Origin: an uncultured Gammaproteobacteria bacterium
GTDB lineage: Bacteria; Pseudomonadota; Gammaproteobacteria; Steroidobacterales; Steroidobacteraceae
Direction: 5' to 3'
DNA: 64,000 nt
Assembly: GCA_963787695.1 (NCBI GenBank)
Contig: CAWBDX010000003.1
Location: forward strand, 254,973-318,972
The notes under the pieces are model-generated. The model saw only the letters and a list, made by a program, of their open reading frames with translations. It was not told where the DNA came from and did no database searches. Positions 37,547 through 46,899 of this stretch are shown piece after piece. The stretch's first letter is position 1. Every line of letters begins with the position of its first letter. A program made the position numbers and the translations under genes.

Positions 37547-39028
37547 TTAATCGGGCTGAGGCTCTGCCACCGGCTTCGAGGACAGATCGGTGCTGGCGGT
37601 TGGGGGCACGAGCAGGGCCAGGAATACGGTGCCTAGCGACAGCACCAGCATTGCCCAGAACGTGAGGTTCAACGCTTGCGACAGGCCTACGCGGATCGCC
37701 GCATCGCCGCCAGTCAAACCTTGCGTATTCAGCAGTTGACGCAGTTGATCCGATGTAATCGGTTCCAACTTTCCCGACGCTCTCAAGCCGTAGTTGAGTA
37801 CGGCTCCCAGCACCGTGGCGCCAAGCGTGCTGCCCAAGTTGCGCGAGAAGAGATTCGACGCCGTGACGCTGCCGCGTTGCGTTGAATCGACGATTTCTTG
37901 TATGAGCACCAGCGAAGGCACGCTGATCAATCCCATGCCGAATCCCATCACGAGAGATCCCATCGCGGGCAAGAGCGGCGAGGCATGGGGTGTCAGCGCC
38001 ACGAAGAATGCTGCACCCAGCGGTTGGAGCACTGCTCCGCTTAAAAGCAGGTGACGCAGCGCAAACCGGTGGAACAGCCGGGCCGCGATAGTGGCGCCCG
38101 CCGGCCAGCCAATGAGCATCGTGGTCAACGTGAATCCTGCCGTGGTCGGCGATCTTTGCATGACGAGCTGCACGTAAATTGGCAGGAATGTGGTAAGACC
38201 GATGAGCGTCATGCTGGCAAGCACGGCCACGAAGTTGGTCGCCGCAATGGGCCGATGACTCCAAAGCGCAAAGGAGACGATCGGATGGGTGACCCTGCGC
38301 TCCAGCACCACAAAGATCACAGCTGCGATTAGGAACAGCATGGCAGCTGCCACAACTCGCGTTGGCTGGTGGTTGCCGAGTTCCGTGAGAGCGATCAACA
38401 GAGACGTAACGGCGACAGTGAAGGAGGCGGCACCGCCCACATCGATGGTGCGGCGCTCGTGCTTAGCATTTTCCTTGAGGAACAAAATGAAACCAGTCGC
38501 GGCCGCGATGCCCACGGGAATATTGATCCAAAAGATCCAGGCCCATGAGACCGAGCTAATGATGAGCCCCCCCAATACGGGTCCGATCACTGCCGCGACA
38601 GCCCACACGCTCGCAAGATACCCCTGTACCTTGCCGCGTTCGCGCGCCGGGTACAAGTCCGCCACGACGGTCATGGCGACCGGCTGCATGGCGCCCGCGC
38701 CCACGCCTTGGATGAGCCGGCACCAAATCATGACCGGCATGGACCATGCGAATCCCGCCAGGATCGAGCCCAAGAGAAAAATTCCGATCCCAATGAGCAT
38801 GATCGGCTTGCGTCCGTAGACGTCCGCGAGATTCCCGAAGACCACGGTCATGGCGGTTTGCGCCAACAGGAACGAAGAAAATACCCAGCTGTAGAGACGC
38901 AGTCCACCGAGATCCGCGACAATCTGCGGCATCGCCGTGGACACGATGGTTGCTTCGATGGCAATCATGGCCATTGACGTCATTACGGATGCAATGACGA
39001 GCGCACGATTGGATTTTAGGTTCGGCAA
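37547..39028 (-). CDS. MFS transporter, DHA2 (14-TM drug/H+ antiporter) type
   Basis: About 14 hydrophobic segments. The motifs GNLADVYGRKP and LIQGVGAGAM are typical of DHA2. Confidence 0.9.
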   Translation of the reverse strand: MPNLKSNRALVIASVMTSMAMIAIEATIVSTAMPQIVADLGGLRLYSWVFSSFLLAQTAMTVVFGNLADVYGRKPIMLIGIGIFLLGSILAGFAWSMPVMIWCRLIQGVGAGAMQPVAMTVVADLYPARERGKVQGYLASVWAVAAVIGPVLGGLIISSVSWAWIFWINIPVGIAAATGFILFLKENAKHERRTIDVGGAASFTVAVTSLLIALTELGNHQPTRVVAAAMLFLIAAVIFVVLERRVTHPIVSFALWSHRPIAATNFVAVLASMTLIGLTTFLPIYVQLVMQRSPTTAGFTLTTMLIGWPAGATIAARLFHRFALRHLLLSGAVLQPLGAAFFVALTPHASPLLPAMGSLVMGFGMGLISVPSLVLIQEIVDSTQRGSVTASNLFSRNLGSTLGATVLGAVLNYGLRASGKLEPITSDQLRQLLNTQGLTGGDAAIRVGLSQALNLTFWAMLVLSLGTVFLALLVPPTASTDLSSKPVAEPQPD

Positions 39029-39230
39029 CTGGCGGTTCCGGCAACGGGACGATGCCGGACGAGCATGGTCACGGCAGAAGGTAGTTTACCGCGGACGCGC
39101 CAGTCGTTGTAAGCGGCGGAGCCCCATTGCAGACGATAGCCCGAACGTCGCTGTCCAAATTGACAGGTGCCTGCGTTCGAGTAGTCTCTCAATTTGCTCG
39201 GCGGTCATTGTCTGAAGGTTTCGTTCATTC

Positions 39231-39976
39231 ATGTCTGTACAAACGCCCGGCCGATGCCGGAACTGCAATACCCACCTGACATTCGAGCAGGTCTACTGTT
39301 CCGCGTGTGGTCAAAAGCTGATTGCCGACCGACTGACGCTGCATGAGATTGCCCGCGATTTGCTTCACGCTGTATTCCATGTGGATCGAAGCGCCATTTC
39401 GTTGGTGCGAATGCTGCTCGTACGACCAGGGACCGTGGCACTCGATTACGTCCAAGGGCGCCGAAAACGCTATTTCGGGCCCTTCGGGCTCCTCTTAGTG
39501 GTTGTTGCCGCAGCGTCCGCCGCGTTCGCGTTCGCCGGACTTCGGGCAGTCCCGACAGCAACGCGAACACAGTTACCGATTTCCTGCAGAGTCATATCAA
39601 TCTCGTGATGTTCGCCGAGGTCCCCTTGCTAGCGGGATTCTCGCGACTGCTTTACGCGCGCGCCGGTTTCAATTTTGCGGAGCATCTGGTCCTTGCAGCA
39701 TATACCTCCAGTCTGCGCATTCTGTTCGCCACGCTGATCGTGATTCCCGCCTGGTACGTTTTCCGCCCAACCAACGCAACGGCGGTTTACCTGTACCTCG
39801 CGTACCTGACGGTCTGGCTGCTGTACTTCGGCTTTGCGGCGTCGCAGTTCTTCCCAGCTAGGCGGGTTCTCTCTGGGTGCAAGGGAATTCTGACAGCGAT
39901 TCTTGCCTGGGCATCAATTCAGGGTTTGGCCATGCTCGCAGCCCGCGTTATTCTGCCGTTCGTCGGCAAGTCATGA
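39231..39976 (+). pseudogene. DUF3667 family membrane protein, split into two frames
   Basis: ORF 39231..39608 carries the zinc-ribbon N-terminus (CRNCNTHL...YCSACGQK), PGTVALDYVQGRRKRYFGPF and the first TM. ORF 39605..39976, extended upstream in its own frame as SNANTVTDFLQSHINLVMFAEVPLLAGF...NFAEHLVLAAYTS, carries the rest. The frames switch near 39535-39560. Confidence 0.7.
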
Positions 39977-40186
39977 GCACCGTGTGTCGGGCCCGATAGT
40001 AAACCGGATTCCCGAGTTCAGGCTATGTGCGCTTTGCGCCGACTGCCGTGCCAGAGTACTTGGCTGACTGATTTTAGGTCCGGGGCAAAAAGGCTGGCTG
40101 GTCGACTTGCCCTTGAAAGTCAGTCAGTGTCCCCAAGATGGGCGTGTAGCTGGCTGAGCCTAACCCTATAGAGGACAAGCGAAGAC

Positions 40187-41818
40187 ATGGAAACGATCGG
40201 CGGCGATTTGCGCCAAATGCAGCGAACCCCGCTGTCCGCATCTCACGTTGAGGCATTGCGCGAGGCCGGCAGGATCGCTACCTATCCGGCGGGTACGTTT
40301 CTCGCAAGGCCCGGCGAGCTGGTGGATCGCTTTGTCTATGTCGAGGACGGCGAAATTGAGGCAGTCAATCCCTATACCGACAAACGCCATTTGCCTTCAA
40401 CCATAGGTCCGACACAGTTCATGGGCGAGATCGCCTTTTTGAACGGCGGCGCCTGGTCGTTGCCGATGCGCGCGGTTCGGGAAACGCGAGTGATCGAAGT
40501 ACCGCGTGAAGCGATGCTGAAGCTCATGTCTCAAATCCCGGAGATGTCAGACATCATCATCACGGTGTTTTCTGCGCGCCGCCGACGCCAGCTCGACGAC
40601 CGCGACGGCGTGCTGCGATTGATCGGCGAAGAAGAGGACCGCGACGTGCGCCGCATTGCAGAGTTTGCCAGCCGCAACCGTCTTCCCTACAGTTCGCTGC
40701 CACTGCGAAGTCCTGAAGCCGAGGCGACCGCGCGCAGCTGCTCGATTGCTCCGGGGGAGCCCGCGGTGATATTTGGGCGCAACGTTGTCGTGAGCGATCC
40801 CACGCCGGATAAAGTTGCGCGACTGCTGGGCCTGCATCTCGACTTTCGAGATGACGAAACATTTGACGTGCTGATCGTGGGTGGCGGCCCCGCGGGGGTC
40901 GCTGCTGGAGTCTATGCGGGAGCCGAAGGTCTGTGCGCGCTGGTCGTGGAAGACATTGCGATCGGCGGTCAGGCCGGCACCTCCAGCCGTATCGAGAACT
41001 ACATGGGCTTCCCGACGGGCATCTCCGGTGCGGACCTTGTCTGGCGCGGCGAGGTGCAGGCAATGAAGTTCGGGACGCGCTTCGCGATGCCGCGACGGGT
41101 GATGCTCCTCGAGAAGCTCCAGGATCAAAGCTTCTGCGCCACCTTCGACAACGGACAGCGTGTCCGTGCCAGAGCCGTGGTGGTCGCAACCGGCGTGCAA
41201 TATCGCCGGCCGCCGCTCGATCGCCTCGCCGACTTTGAAGGCGCCGGCGTTTACTATGCCGCGACCGAAATGGAGGCGCGCTATTGCAAGGGAACGGAAG
41301 CGGTCATCGTTGGCGGCGGCAATTCGGCGGGGCAAGCAGCGATGTTCTTAAGCCGTTCGGCGAGTTGCGTGCGCGTACTGGTTCGCGGGGCATCGCTTGC
41401 AGCGTCGATGTCGAGCTACCTCACCAGCCGGCTCGCCGCAGACCCCAGAATCATAATTGAGTATGGCGCCGAGGTGAGCGCGTTGCACGGCGCTGAGCAT
41501 CTTGAGGCGCTGACCATTCGCGACGTGAAAACCGGGGCGACCCGCGTGGTAAACACGCGCGCGCTGTTCATCATGGTGGGCGCGGCGCCGAATTCCGAAT
41601 GGCTCTCCGGGCTGGTGAAACTCGACGATAAAGGTTTCGTGATCACCGGTGCCGGCGAGGGCTCGGCGGCCTCGCCCTTCGCGACCTCGCTGCCCGGCAT
41701 CTTCGCGGTGGGCGACGTGCGCGCAGGCTCAGTCAAGCGCGTGGCATCCTCGGTCGGCGAAGGGTCGGTTGTGATCTCCAAGGTGTGGGAGTTTGTCAAC
41801 CGCAAAGCGGAGCGTTAA
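40187..41818 (+). CDS. Cyclic-nucleotide-binding domain fused to a thioredoxin-reductase-like FAD/NAD(P) oxidoreductase
   Basis: N-terminal cNMP-binding fold (FMGEIAFLNG), FAD motif (DVLIVGGGPAGVAAG), NAD(P) motif (VGGGNSAGQAA), and GIFAVGDVR. Confidence 0.9.
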   Translation: METIGGDLRQMQRTPLSASHVEALREAGRIATYPAGTFLARPGELVDRFVYVEDGEIEAVNPYTDKRHLPSTIGPTQFMGEIAFLNGGAWSLPMRAVRETRVIEVPREAMLKLMSQIPEMSDIIITVFSARRRRQLDDRDGVLRLIGEEEDRDVRRIAEFASRNRLPYSSLPLRSPEAEATARSCSIAPGEPAVIFGRNVVVSDPTPDKVARLLGLHLDFRDDETFDVLIVGGGPAGVAAGVYAGAEGLCALVVEDIAIGGQAGTSSRIENYMGFPTGISGADLVWRGEVQAMKFGTRFAMPRRVMLLEKLQDQSFCATFDNGQRVRARAVVVATGVQYRRPPLDRLADFEGAGVYYAATEMEARYCKGTEAVIVGGGNSAGQAAMFLSRSASCVRVLVRGASLAASMSSYLTSRLAADPRIIIEYGAEVSALHGAEHLEALTIRDVKTGATRVVNTRALFIMVGAAPNSEWLSGLVKLDDKGFVITGAGEGSAASPFATSLPGIFAVGDVRAGSVKRVASSVGEGSVVISKVWEFVNRKAER

Positions 41819-41859
41819 GGCCTACGTCTTTCTAATGCGGCCGTCAGTGTCCTCGAAAT

Positions 41860-44397
41860 TCACTGCAGTGCAACGAACTTGGCTCTGGCTTCCGCCAAAC
41901 GCTCCAGCACTGCACGCTTCTCGCTCTCGCTGTTCCAGTCAGGATATAGGGAAGTGGTTTCCGACACTCGATCGATCCAGGCCACGAAGTAGCGTGCGTC
42001 ATCGGGCGAGTGCGGCGGGCGACCGGCAATCTCCACATAGATTGCGCTAGTGGTTGCATACACGTAGTTGTCGAGTATCGGATAGACCGCCGCATCGGTG
42101 GAAGTTCGCACCACGCACCAGCCGCTGTCCTTGAGCGCGATGGTGCCGGTGAAATCGCCATGATCGATCGGGCCGTGGGTGGCGAAGGTCTTGGCCACTC
42201 GGCCATTGCACACCAGCTCCAGGTGATCGACAGGAACGATGGATCGCAGCCGAATCGAGAAAGGAATCTCGGACTGCGGCGCGGCGAAATGCAATTCATC
42301 ACCAATCTGCGCGCCGCCCAGCGAGAAACCCAACAGCGGACCGTTGGTCGCAAAACTACGTCCGCGCTTCAGCGACTCGAACCACTCCTCGGCTTTCAAA
42401 GAACCGTCGGGAACGCGCGCGTAAACGCGATTCATACCCACCGGGCCCCGCAGTGAAGCATAGTCCGCCATGGCATCGGTGCCGCCGGCTGCCGGAATTC
42501 TAAACCCCAAGTTCAGCAGCTGATACCAGACTGCGGCCGTTGAGCGGTGATCGCTGAAGCCCATGATCTCCATATAGTCCACCTTGTTGAGCGCTACATC
42601 CACCGGCAACTCGCTGGTCAGAATGTTCTTGGGCTTCCGGATGGGTTCGGGATATTCATCGAATGGGTGCACGTATCCCACCAACGCGCCGCGCGAGTGC
42701 GCGATGTCGGCCACGTCCGCATTCATGGGCCATAGGCTGGAAGCGGCCGTATTAGGATAGCCGACATACCCCGGCAGGATCACGCCGCCGTGGATTCCCA
42801 ATAGACCCAGATGGCCCCAGTAGCTCGTGTGATACTCCTGGCCATGCACGATGAGCGCATCAGGTGTCGAGGCCGGATCGCGCTCAACTCGGTTATAGGC
42901 AATGTCGGGATATCGCTGCTCCTTGTTCACGATCAGGGAATTCACGAACGCCAGATCCTCAGCTTCGGCCTGAGCGGCAAGATTTGCTGGCGTATTGCGA
43001 TACTCCCCGCCGTAATTCATGTGCACGTGGACATCGGCGCTCAGCCAGCGATTCGAGTCGGGCACCGACCACTTGCCCTCACCGAGATTCACCGATACTT
43101 CCGCCGTCGAGCCCGGCTTGAGATTGACTTGACGCCGCTCGAAGCGGCGTTCGAATCCATGCAGAACGTCAACCTGTAAAACGTCGGCGGGTACATCGAT
43201 CGACTGTTCGCCGTGCGCATGAAAATAATGGGCTTCGAAGTTACGCTGCTTGCGATCGAAGCCATCGTCGCCGTAAATCCAGGCATCGGCGGGTGCAAAG
43301 AATCGTCCCTGTGCATCCACAACGCTGACTCGCGCCGACGCCGCACGACCTTGCATATCTTTGACATCAAGATGCAGGTGCGCCATGGGCTTCAAATAGC
43401 GGCGCTCGAGGATGGCGAACGACTGAAGCTCGCCTCCGGGAATGCGCTCGATGGCGATTTCCGTGTTGCCGATCCTGTTGGAGACGAAGGCCACACGCGT
43501 AGCATCCGGCGCCCACCGCGCGTTGGTCTGATCCCATTCGCCGTATGCCAAGGGAAAGGCATCGCCGCCGCCCAGCGGAAGAATCCATAGATTGTGCCAG
43601 GACCTACCCAGGTAGGAGCTATACAACAAGCGCGAGCCGTCTGGAGACACGTCGGGACGAGACTTCCAATTGGTTTCTTCGTAGTGGATTTCACCCGCCG
43701 TCGAGGACGCATCCACCGCAACCCGCCAGAAACCGCCAGTGCCGTAAATATGATTGCGATTCGAGACATAGATGATCTCGCGCCCATCAGTTGTCCACAC
43801 GGGACTGATCTCGTGATCGAAAGCACTGTAGTAGTAGCGCCGCAGATCACTCTTGTTCTCGCCCGTCAGGCGCCGCATATTGGCGAGCTTGCCGTCCGCC
43901 AAATCGGCCACGAAGATATGAAATCGTTTGTTATAGAGAGTGGAGACGAAGACGATGCGCTTGCCGTCCGGCGAGAAGCGCGGCTCGACGTTCACTGCGC
44001 CGTTGCGCGTGAGCGGCTGCGCATGGCCCCCGACCAGATCGTATAACCACAGCTCCACGGCGTCGCTGCAATACCGGCTAAAGATCACCGATCGGCCGTC
44101 GGGAGACCAGTCCGGTTGATAGTCATAGGCCGCGTCCGCCGTGAGCTGCTGCGCAACGCCCGAGTTCAGCGGCTGACGCCATAGCGAACCTGCCATCGAA
44201 TAAATCAGTTCCTTCGAGTCGGGCGACCAGGCGAGGCTGCTGGGACCGCTGGTCAGTTGCGGCAGGTACATCTCTCGAAAGTAATAGGGGTGAGGAAGAT
44301 CGATTTGTTGAAGCACCGGCAGACGCTCAGCACGACAGACGGTACTCGCGATGCATGCTGTGAGCACGAACAGAGGACGCATCAGGTTTTTCATCAT
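41860..44397 (-). CDS. Secreted TolB-like (PD40) beta-propeller fused to a CehA/McbA-type (PHP-like) metallohydrolase domain
   Basis: Trimmed to ATG 44397 with a signal peptide. Repeated PD40-type segments are present (PDWSPDG, PRFSPDG, PVWTTDG, PDVSPDG, ARWAPDA). These are followed by ADVHVHMNYGG...HGQEYHTSYWGH metal-binding motifs. Confidence 0.75.
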   Translation of the reverse strand: MMKNLMRPLFVLTACIASTVCRAERLPVLQQIDLPHPYYFREMYLPQLTSGPSSLAWSPDSKELIYSMAGSLWRQPLNSGVAQQLTADAAYDYQPDWSPDGRSVIFSRYCSDAVELWLYDLVGGHAQPLTRNGAVNVEPRFSPDGKRIVFVSTLYNKRFHIFVADLADGKLANMRRLTGENKSDLRRYYYSAFDHEISPVWTTDGREIIYVSNRNHIYGTGGFWRVAVDASSTAGEIHYEETNWKSRPDVSPDGSRLLYSSYLGRSWHNLWILPLGGGDAFPLAYGEWDQTNARWAPDATRVAFVSNRIGNTEIAIERIPGGELQSFAILERRYLKPMAHLHLDVKDMQGRAASARVSVVDAQGRFFAPADAWIYGDDGFDRKQRNFEAHYFHAHGEQSIDVPADVLQVDVLHGFERRFERRQVNLKPGSTAEVSVNLGEGKWSVPDSNRWLSADVHVHMNYGGEYRNTPANLAAQAEAEDLAFVNSLIVNKEQRYPDIAYNRVERDPASTPDALIVHGQEYHTSYWGHLGLLGIHGGVILPGYVGYPNTAASSLWPMNADVADIAHSRGALVGYVHPFDEYPEPIRKPKNILTSELPVDVALNKVDYMEIMGFSDHRSTAAVWYQLLNLGFRIPAAGGTDAMADYASLRGPVGMNRVYARVPDGSLKAEEWFESLKRGRSFATNGPLLGFSLGGAQIGDELHFAAPQSEIPFSIRLRSIVPVDHLELVCNGRVAKTFATHGPIDHGDFTGTIALKDSGWCVVRTSTDAAVYPILDNYVYATTSAIYVEIAGRPPHSPDDARYFVAWIDRVSETTSLYPDWNSESEKRAVLERLAEARAKFVALQ

Positions 44398-44603
44398 CAG
44401 TTTCCCACGCTCAACGCTCTTAATCCGCTGCAACATCCCTATCGCAGTTTGCGCTCGAATAGTGCCGCCGGCTACAGCACCCATTTTGGAGACCGCTTTT
44501 TTTTGGCGCCAACGGGGATCGCTGTCACGCCCGATACTCGATGCGGACATGTTGCGCGTGCGAACCTTGCCATATACTCAGTTCAGACTCGTAGAAGGTT
44601 CGC

Positions 44604-45776
44604 ATGGTACGCAAGATCTCGATCAGCGCGAGTTTGCTGTTGCTCGTCCTGTTGGTCGCGGCGACCGTATACATTGTAGGCGCGAGGCCGCGCCCGATTC
44701 AGGCGCACGATGGCGTAAAACTCACGCCTCTGAGAACTATTTCGATCACAGAGGCGCGGGTTCTGTTGTTCCTGACTCGCGTGCAGGGCATTTCGGTCCG
44801 CAACGCGACCGACCTATATAGGATGAACTATAGCCTCGCGAAAGCAGACGGGAAGATAGTGCCGCTGAGCGGGCTACTCGCGTTACCGCGTGGCGTCGTC
44901 GCGCGACGGCTGGTGAGCTTTCAGCATGGCACGACCACGACGCGCACCGCCGTTCCTTCGAAGCCGGATGGCACGGGCATCGCAACGGCAATCGCCTTTG
45001 CGGGCAATGGCTATGCGCTTGTCGTACCGGACTTTCCCGGACTTGGCGACTCTCCCGGGCGACATCCCTACTATGTTGCCGACGCGATTGCTCCCGCCAT
45101 TGTCGCCATGATCGAGGCTGCTCAACAATTGGAGGCGGTGCCAAAGGCACCCGTCTTTCTGTCCGGATTTTCAGAAGGCGCGTGGGCGAGCCTGGCGGCG
45201 CTGCGCATTTTGGAGGACCAGGGTGCGAAGGTTCTCGGATCGGCGCTGGTCGCCGGAGCCTACGACCTTCGCCGCGTGTCCCTGCCTGCCTCCATGAAAG
45301 GTGGATCGTCGGCCCACTCGCTCTATCTTGCTTACGCCGCGTGGGGACAATCGGAATACTATGGTCACCCTCTCGACAGTGTGCTTACGCAAGCGTACTC
45401 GAAGCGAGTGGAGCGTCTGTTCGAAGGCGCCACACCGCAGGAGATTCTGAGTGCACTTCCAGCAGATCCTCGCCAGATCTTCAATCAATCCCTTCTCGAT
45501 GCATACGATCACGACGGTTCCCACTGGTATCTCGACAAGTTCACCTCCAATAGTCTTGTGGACGTGATGCCGCGCTCGCCGGTGAGGTTCTACTTCGGTT
45601 CAGAGGATATCGAGGTGACTCCGGAGGAGTCGTTGAACGCCGCGCGCGTGATGAGCCAGCGTGGTGCTGACGTAAAAGCCATAAACGTCGGTCCCATCGG
45701 CCACGATCCGTCAATGTTGTCGGCTGCCCCGCTCATTCTAACGTGGCTCGGGGAGCTTGAGGCGGCGGCGAGATAG
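44604..45776 (+). CDS. Alpha/beta hydrolase (lipase-like), membrane-anchored or secreted
   Basis: N-terminal hydrophobic segment, nucleophile elbow GFSEGA, and a late GPIGHD His region. Confidence 0.7.
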   Translation: MVRKISISASLLLLVLLVAATVYIVGARPRPIQAHDGVKLTPLRTISITEARVLLFLTRVQGISVRNATDLYRMNYSLAKADGKIVPLSGLLALPRGVVARRLVSFQHGTTTTRTAVPSKPDGTGIATAIAFAGNGYALVVPDFPGLGDSPGRHPYYVADAIAPAIVAMIEAAQQLEAVPKAPVFLSGFSEGAWASLAALRILEDQGAKVLGSALVAGAYDLRRVSLPASMKGGSSAHSLYLAYAAWGQSEYYGHPLDSVLTQAYSKRVERLFEGATPQEILSALPADPRQIFNQSLLDAYDHDGSHWYLDKFTSNSLVDVMPRSPVRFYFGSEDIEVTPEESLNAARVMSQRGADVKAINVGPIGHDPSMLSAAPLILTWLGELEAAAR

Positions 45777-46021
45777 CGCAATTTTGTCCTTCGTCCGGCC
45801 CGTCGTTTTAGCTCAAGCCCTTTGTTGTCACACTCTTGCAGCAAACCGCGCGCGGTAGTGACAAAAACTGCCTGTTTCGGCCTTTTTTTTGCACTTCCCC
45901 TCACCGCCTAGCGGCGAGATTACTTATCTCGTCGAAACATCATGCGACGTACTCTCCCAAGACTCTCAATTCGTTAAGTGCATCCATCTGCGCCGGCGTG
46001 TGCATTTGCTAGGGTTGCGCA

Positions 46022-46468
46022 ATGCCAACACCCGTTCGCAATGACTTCAAAAAGGCCATGGCCTCGATCGTGCTGACGGCCGGTGCGGCCCTCGCGGAAG
46101 CTCAACGAGTGACGAACAAAGCGGGCGCCTTTAATCGCCGCAAGTCGGACCAAGCCCATGGTCTCGCGATGGACTTCTGCCGGCTCCTCATAGTGCCAGT
46201 GAACCAGCATGGGCCAGGTTTCACACACATACCCGGGTTCGCAGAAACCTACTGCCGCAAACACCTCATCACGGCCATCAAGTTCCTGACGCACGCGATG
46301 GCAACGCACAACTCGAGCAGTCCCGAGTTTAAGCGGCTGCTTCGCGTCGCAGGGATCATCGAACAAAACCTCAAGAACAATCTCGATGTCGAAACGGCGA
46401 AACTCTGCTGGTTCGGTGACGAAGGTGACACCATCGTCAGGGAATTGGAAAAACACAGCTTCGGCTGA
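46022..46468 (+). CDS. Hypothetical protein (148 aa)
   Basis: The plus-strand frame has GC-rich third positions and balanced composition. The overlapping minus ORF 45974..46456 looks like a shadow. Confidence 0.5.
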   Translation: MPTPVRNDFKKAMASIVLTAGAALAEAQRVTNKAGAFNRRKSDQAHGLAMDFCRLLIVPVNQHGPGFTHIPGFAETYCRKHLITAIKFLTHAMATHNSSSPEFKRLLRVAGIIEQNLKNNLDVETAKLCWFGDEGDTIVRELEKHSFG

Positions 46469-46657
46469 ACTTCAGAACTCTAAGGCTATCCGGGTTGGCA
46501 CCCCAAGGATTGAGTTTGGCCGCCTGGCCTTACCCGGCGGGCCTGCGATCGCCCCAGCACCAGCGCATCGCAATATGCGAATATTGAGACGTGTATCCCA
46601 CGAGAAGATCAAGTGCCGGGTGGACAATTTGCCTTAGGTTAAGTTAAGGATGAACTC

Positions 46658-46876
46658 ATGAAGCGGCTCGTCGCGGTTTTGTGCCTCTCACTGTCTGCAC
46701 TGCCGGCATTTGCCGCCACCGCCTTCTTCACCGGGCGAAAGCACCAGGTGCAGACCGCAAGCCATGAAGTCGCCTGGGAATGCCAATACAACAACGGCGG
46801 CAAGACTTTTTGGCGCACCTTCGCGGGATCCTGTCCTGCGCAAATTAGTACCACAGTCTGGCGGCTACCGATTTAG
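46658..46876 (+). CDS. Small secreted protein (72 aa, about 50-aa mature, 2 Cys)
   Basis: SD AAGGA lies before the ATG. Clear signal peptide (MKRLVAVLCLSLSALPAFA/AT). Confidence 0.5.
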   Translation: MKRLVAVLCLSLSALPAFAATAFFTGRKHQVQTASHEVAWECQYNNGGKTFWRTFAGSCPAQISTTVWRLPI

Positions 46877-46899
46877 CTCGTCAGATCCGACGCGACGCG

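Noticed and set aside
37506-39044. ORFs 37506..38264(-), 38289..38819(+) and 38556..39044(-) overlapping the DHA2 MFS gene.
   Set aside because: These are shadow frames. The MFS frame shows 14 TM segments and family motifs.
39086-39268. 60-aa minus ORF upstream of the MFS gene (MNERNLQTMTAEQIERLLERR...).
   Set aside because: Third-position GC is mediocre, there is no SD, and it overlaps the DUF3667 start. The support is insufficient.
40547-41335. 262-aa and 209-aa minus ORFs inside the cNMP-TrxR gene.
   Set aside because: They are antisense shadows with Arg/Ala-rich translations.
45825-45890. Possible terminator after the lipase-like gene: TTGTCAC...GTGACAA arms around CCGCGCGCGG, then a T8 run (45883-45890).
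   Set aside because: The T-run begins 18 nt after the stem rather than abutting it, and the local GCC/GGC stem next to it is only 3 bp. It is not a convincing intrinsic terminator.
45974-46456. 160-aa minus ORF.
   Set aside because: The overlapping plus-strand ORF 46022..46468 has the GC-rich third positions and balanced composition expected of a real gene. The minus ORF is its shadow.
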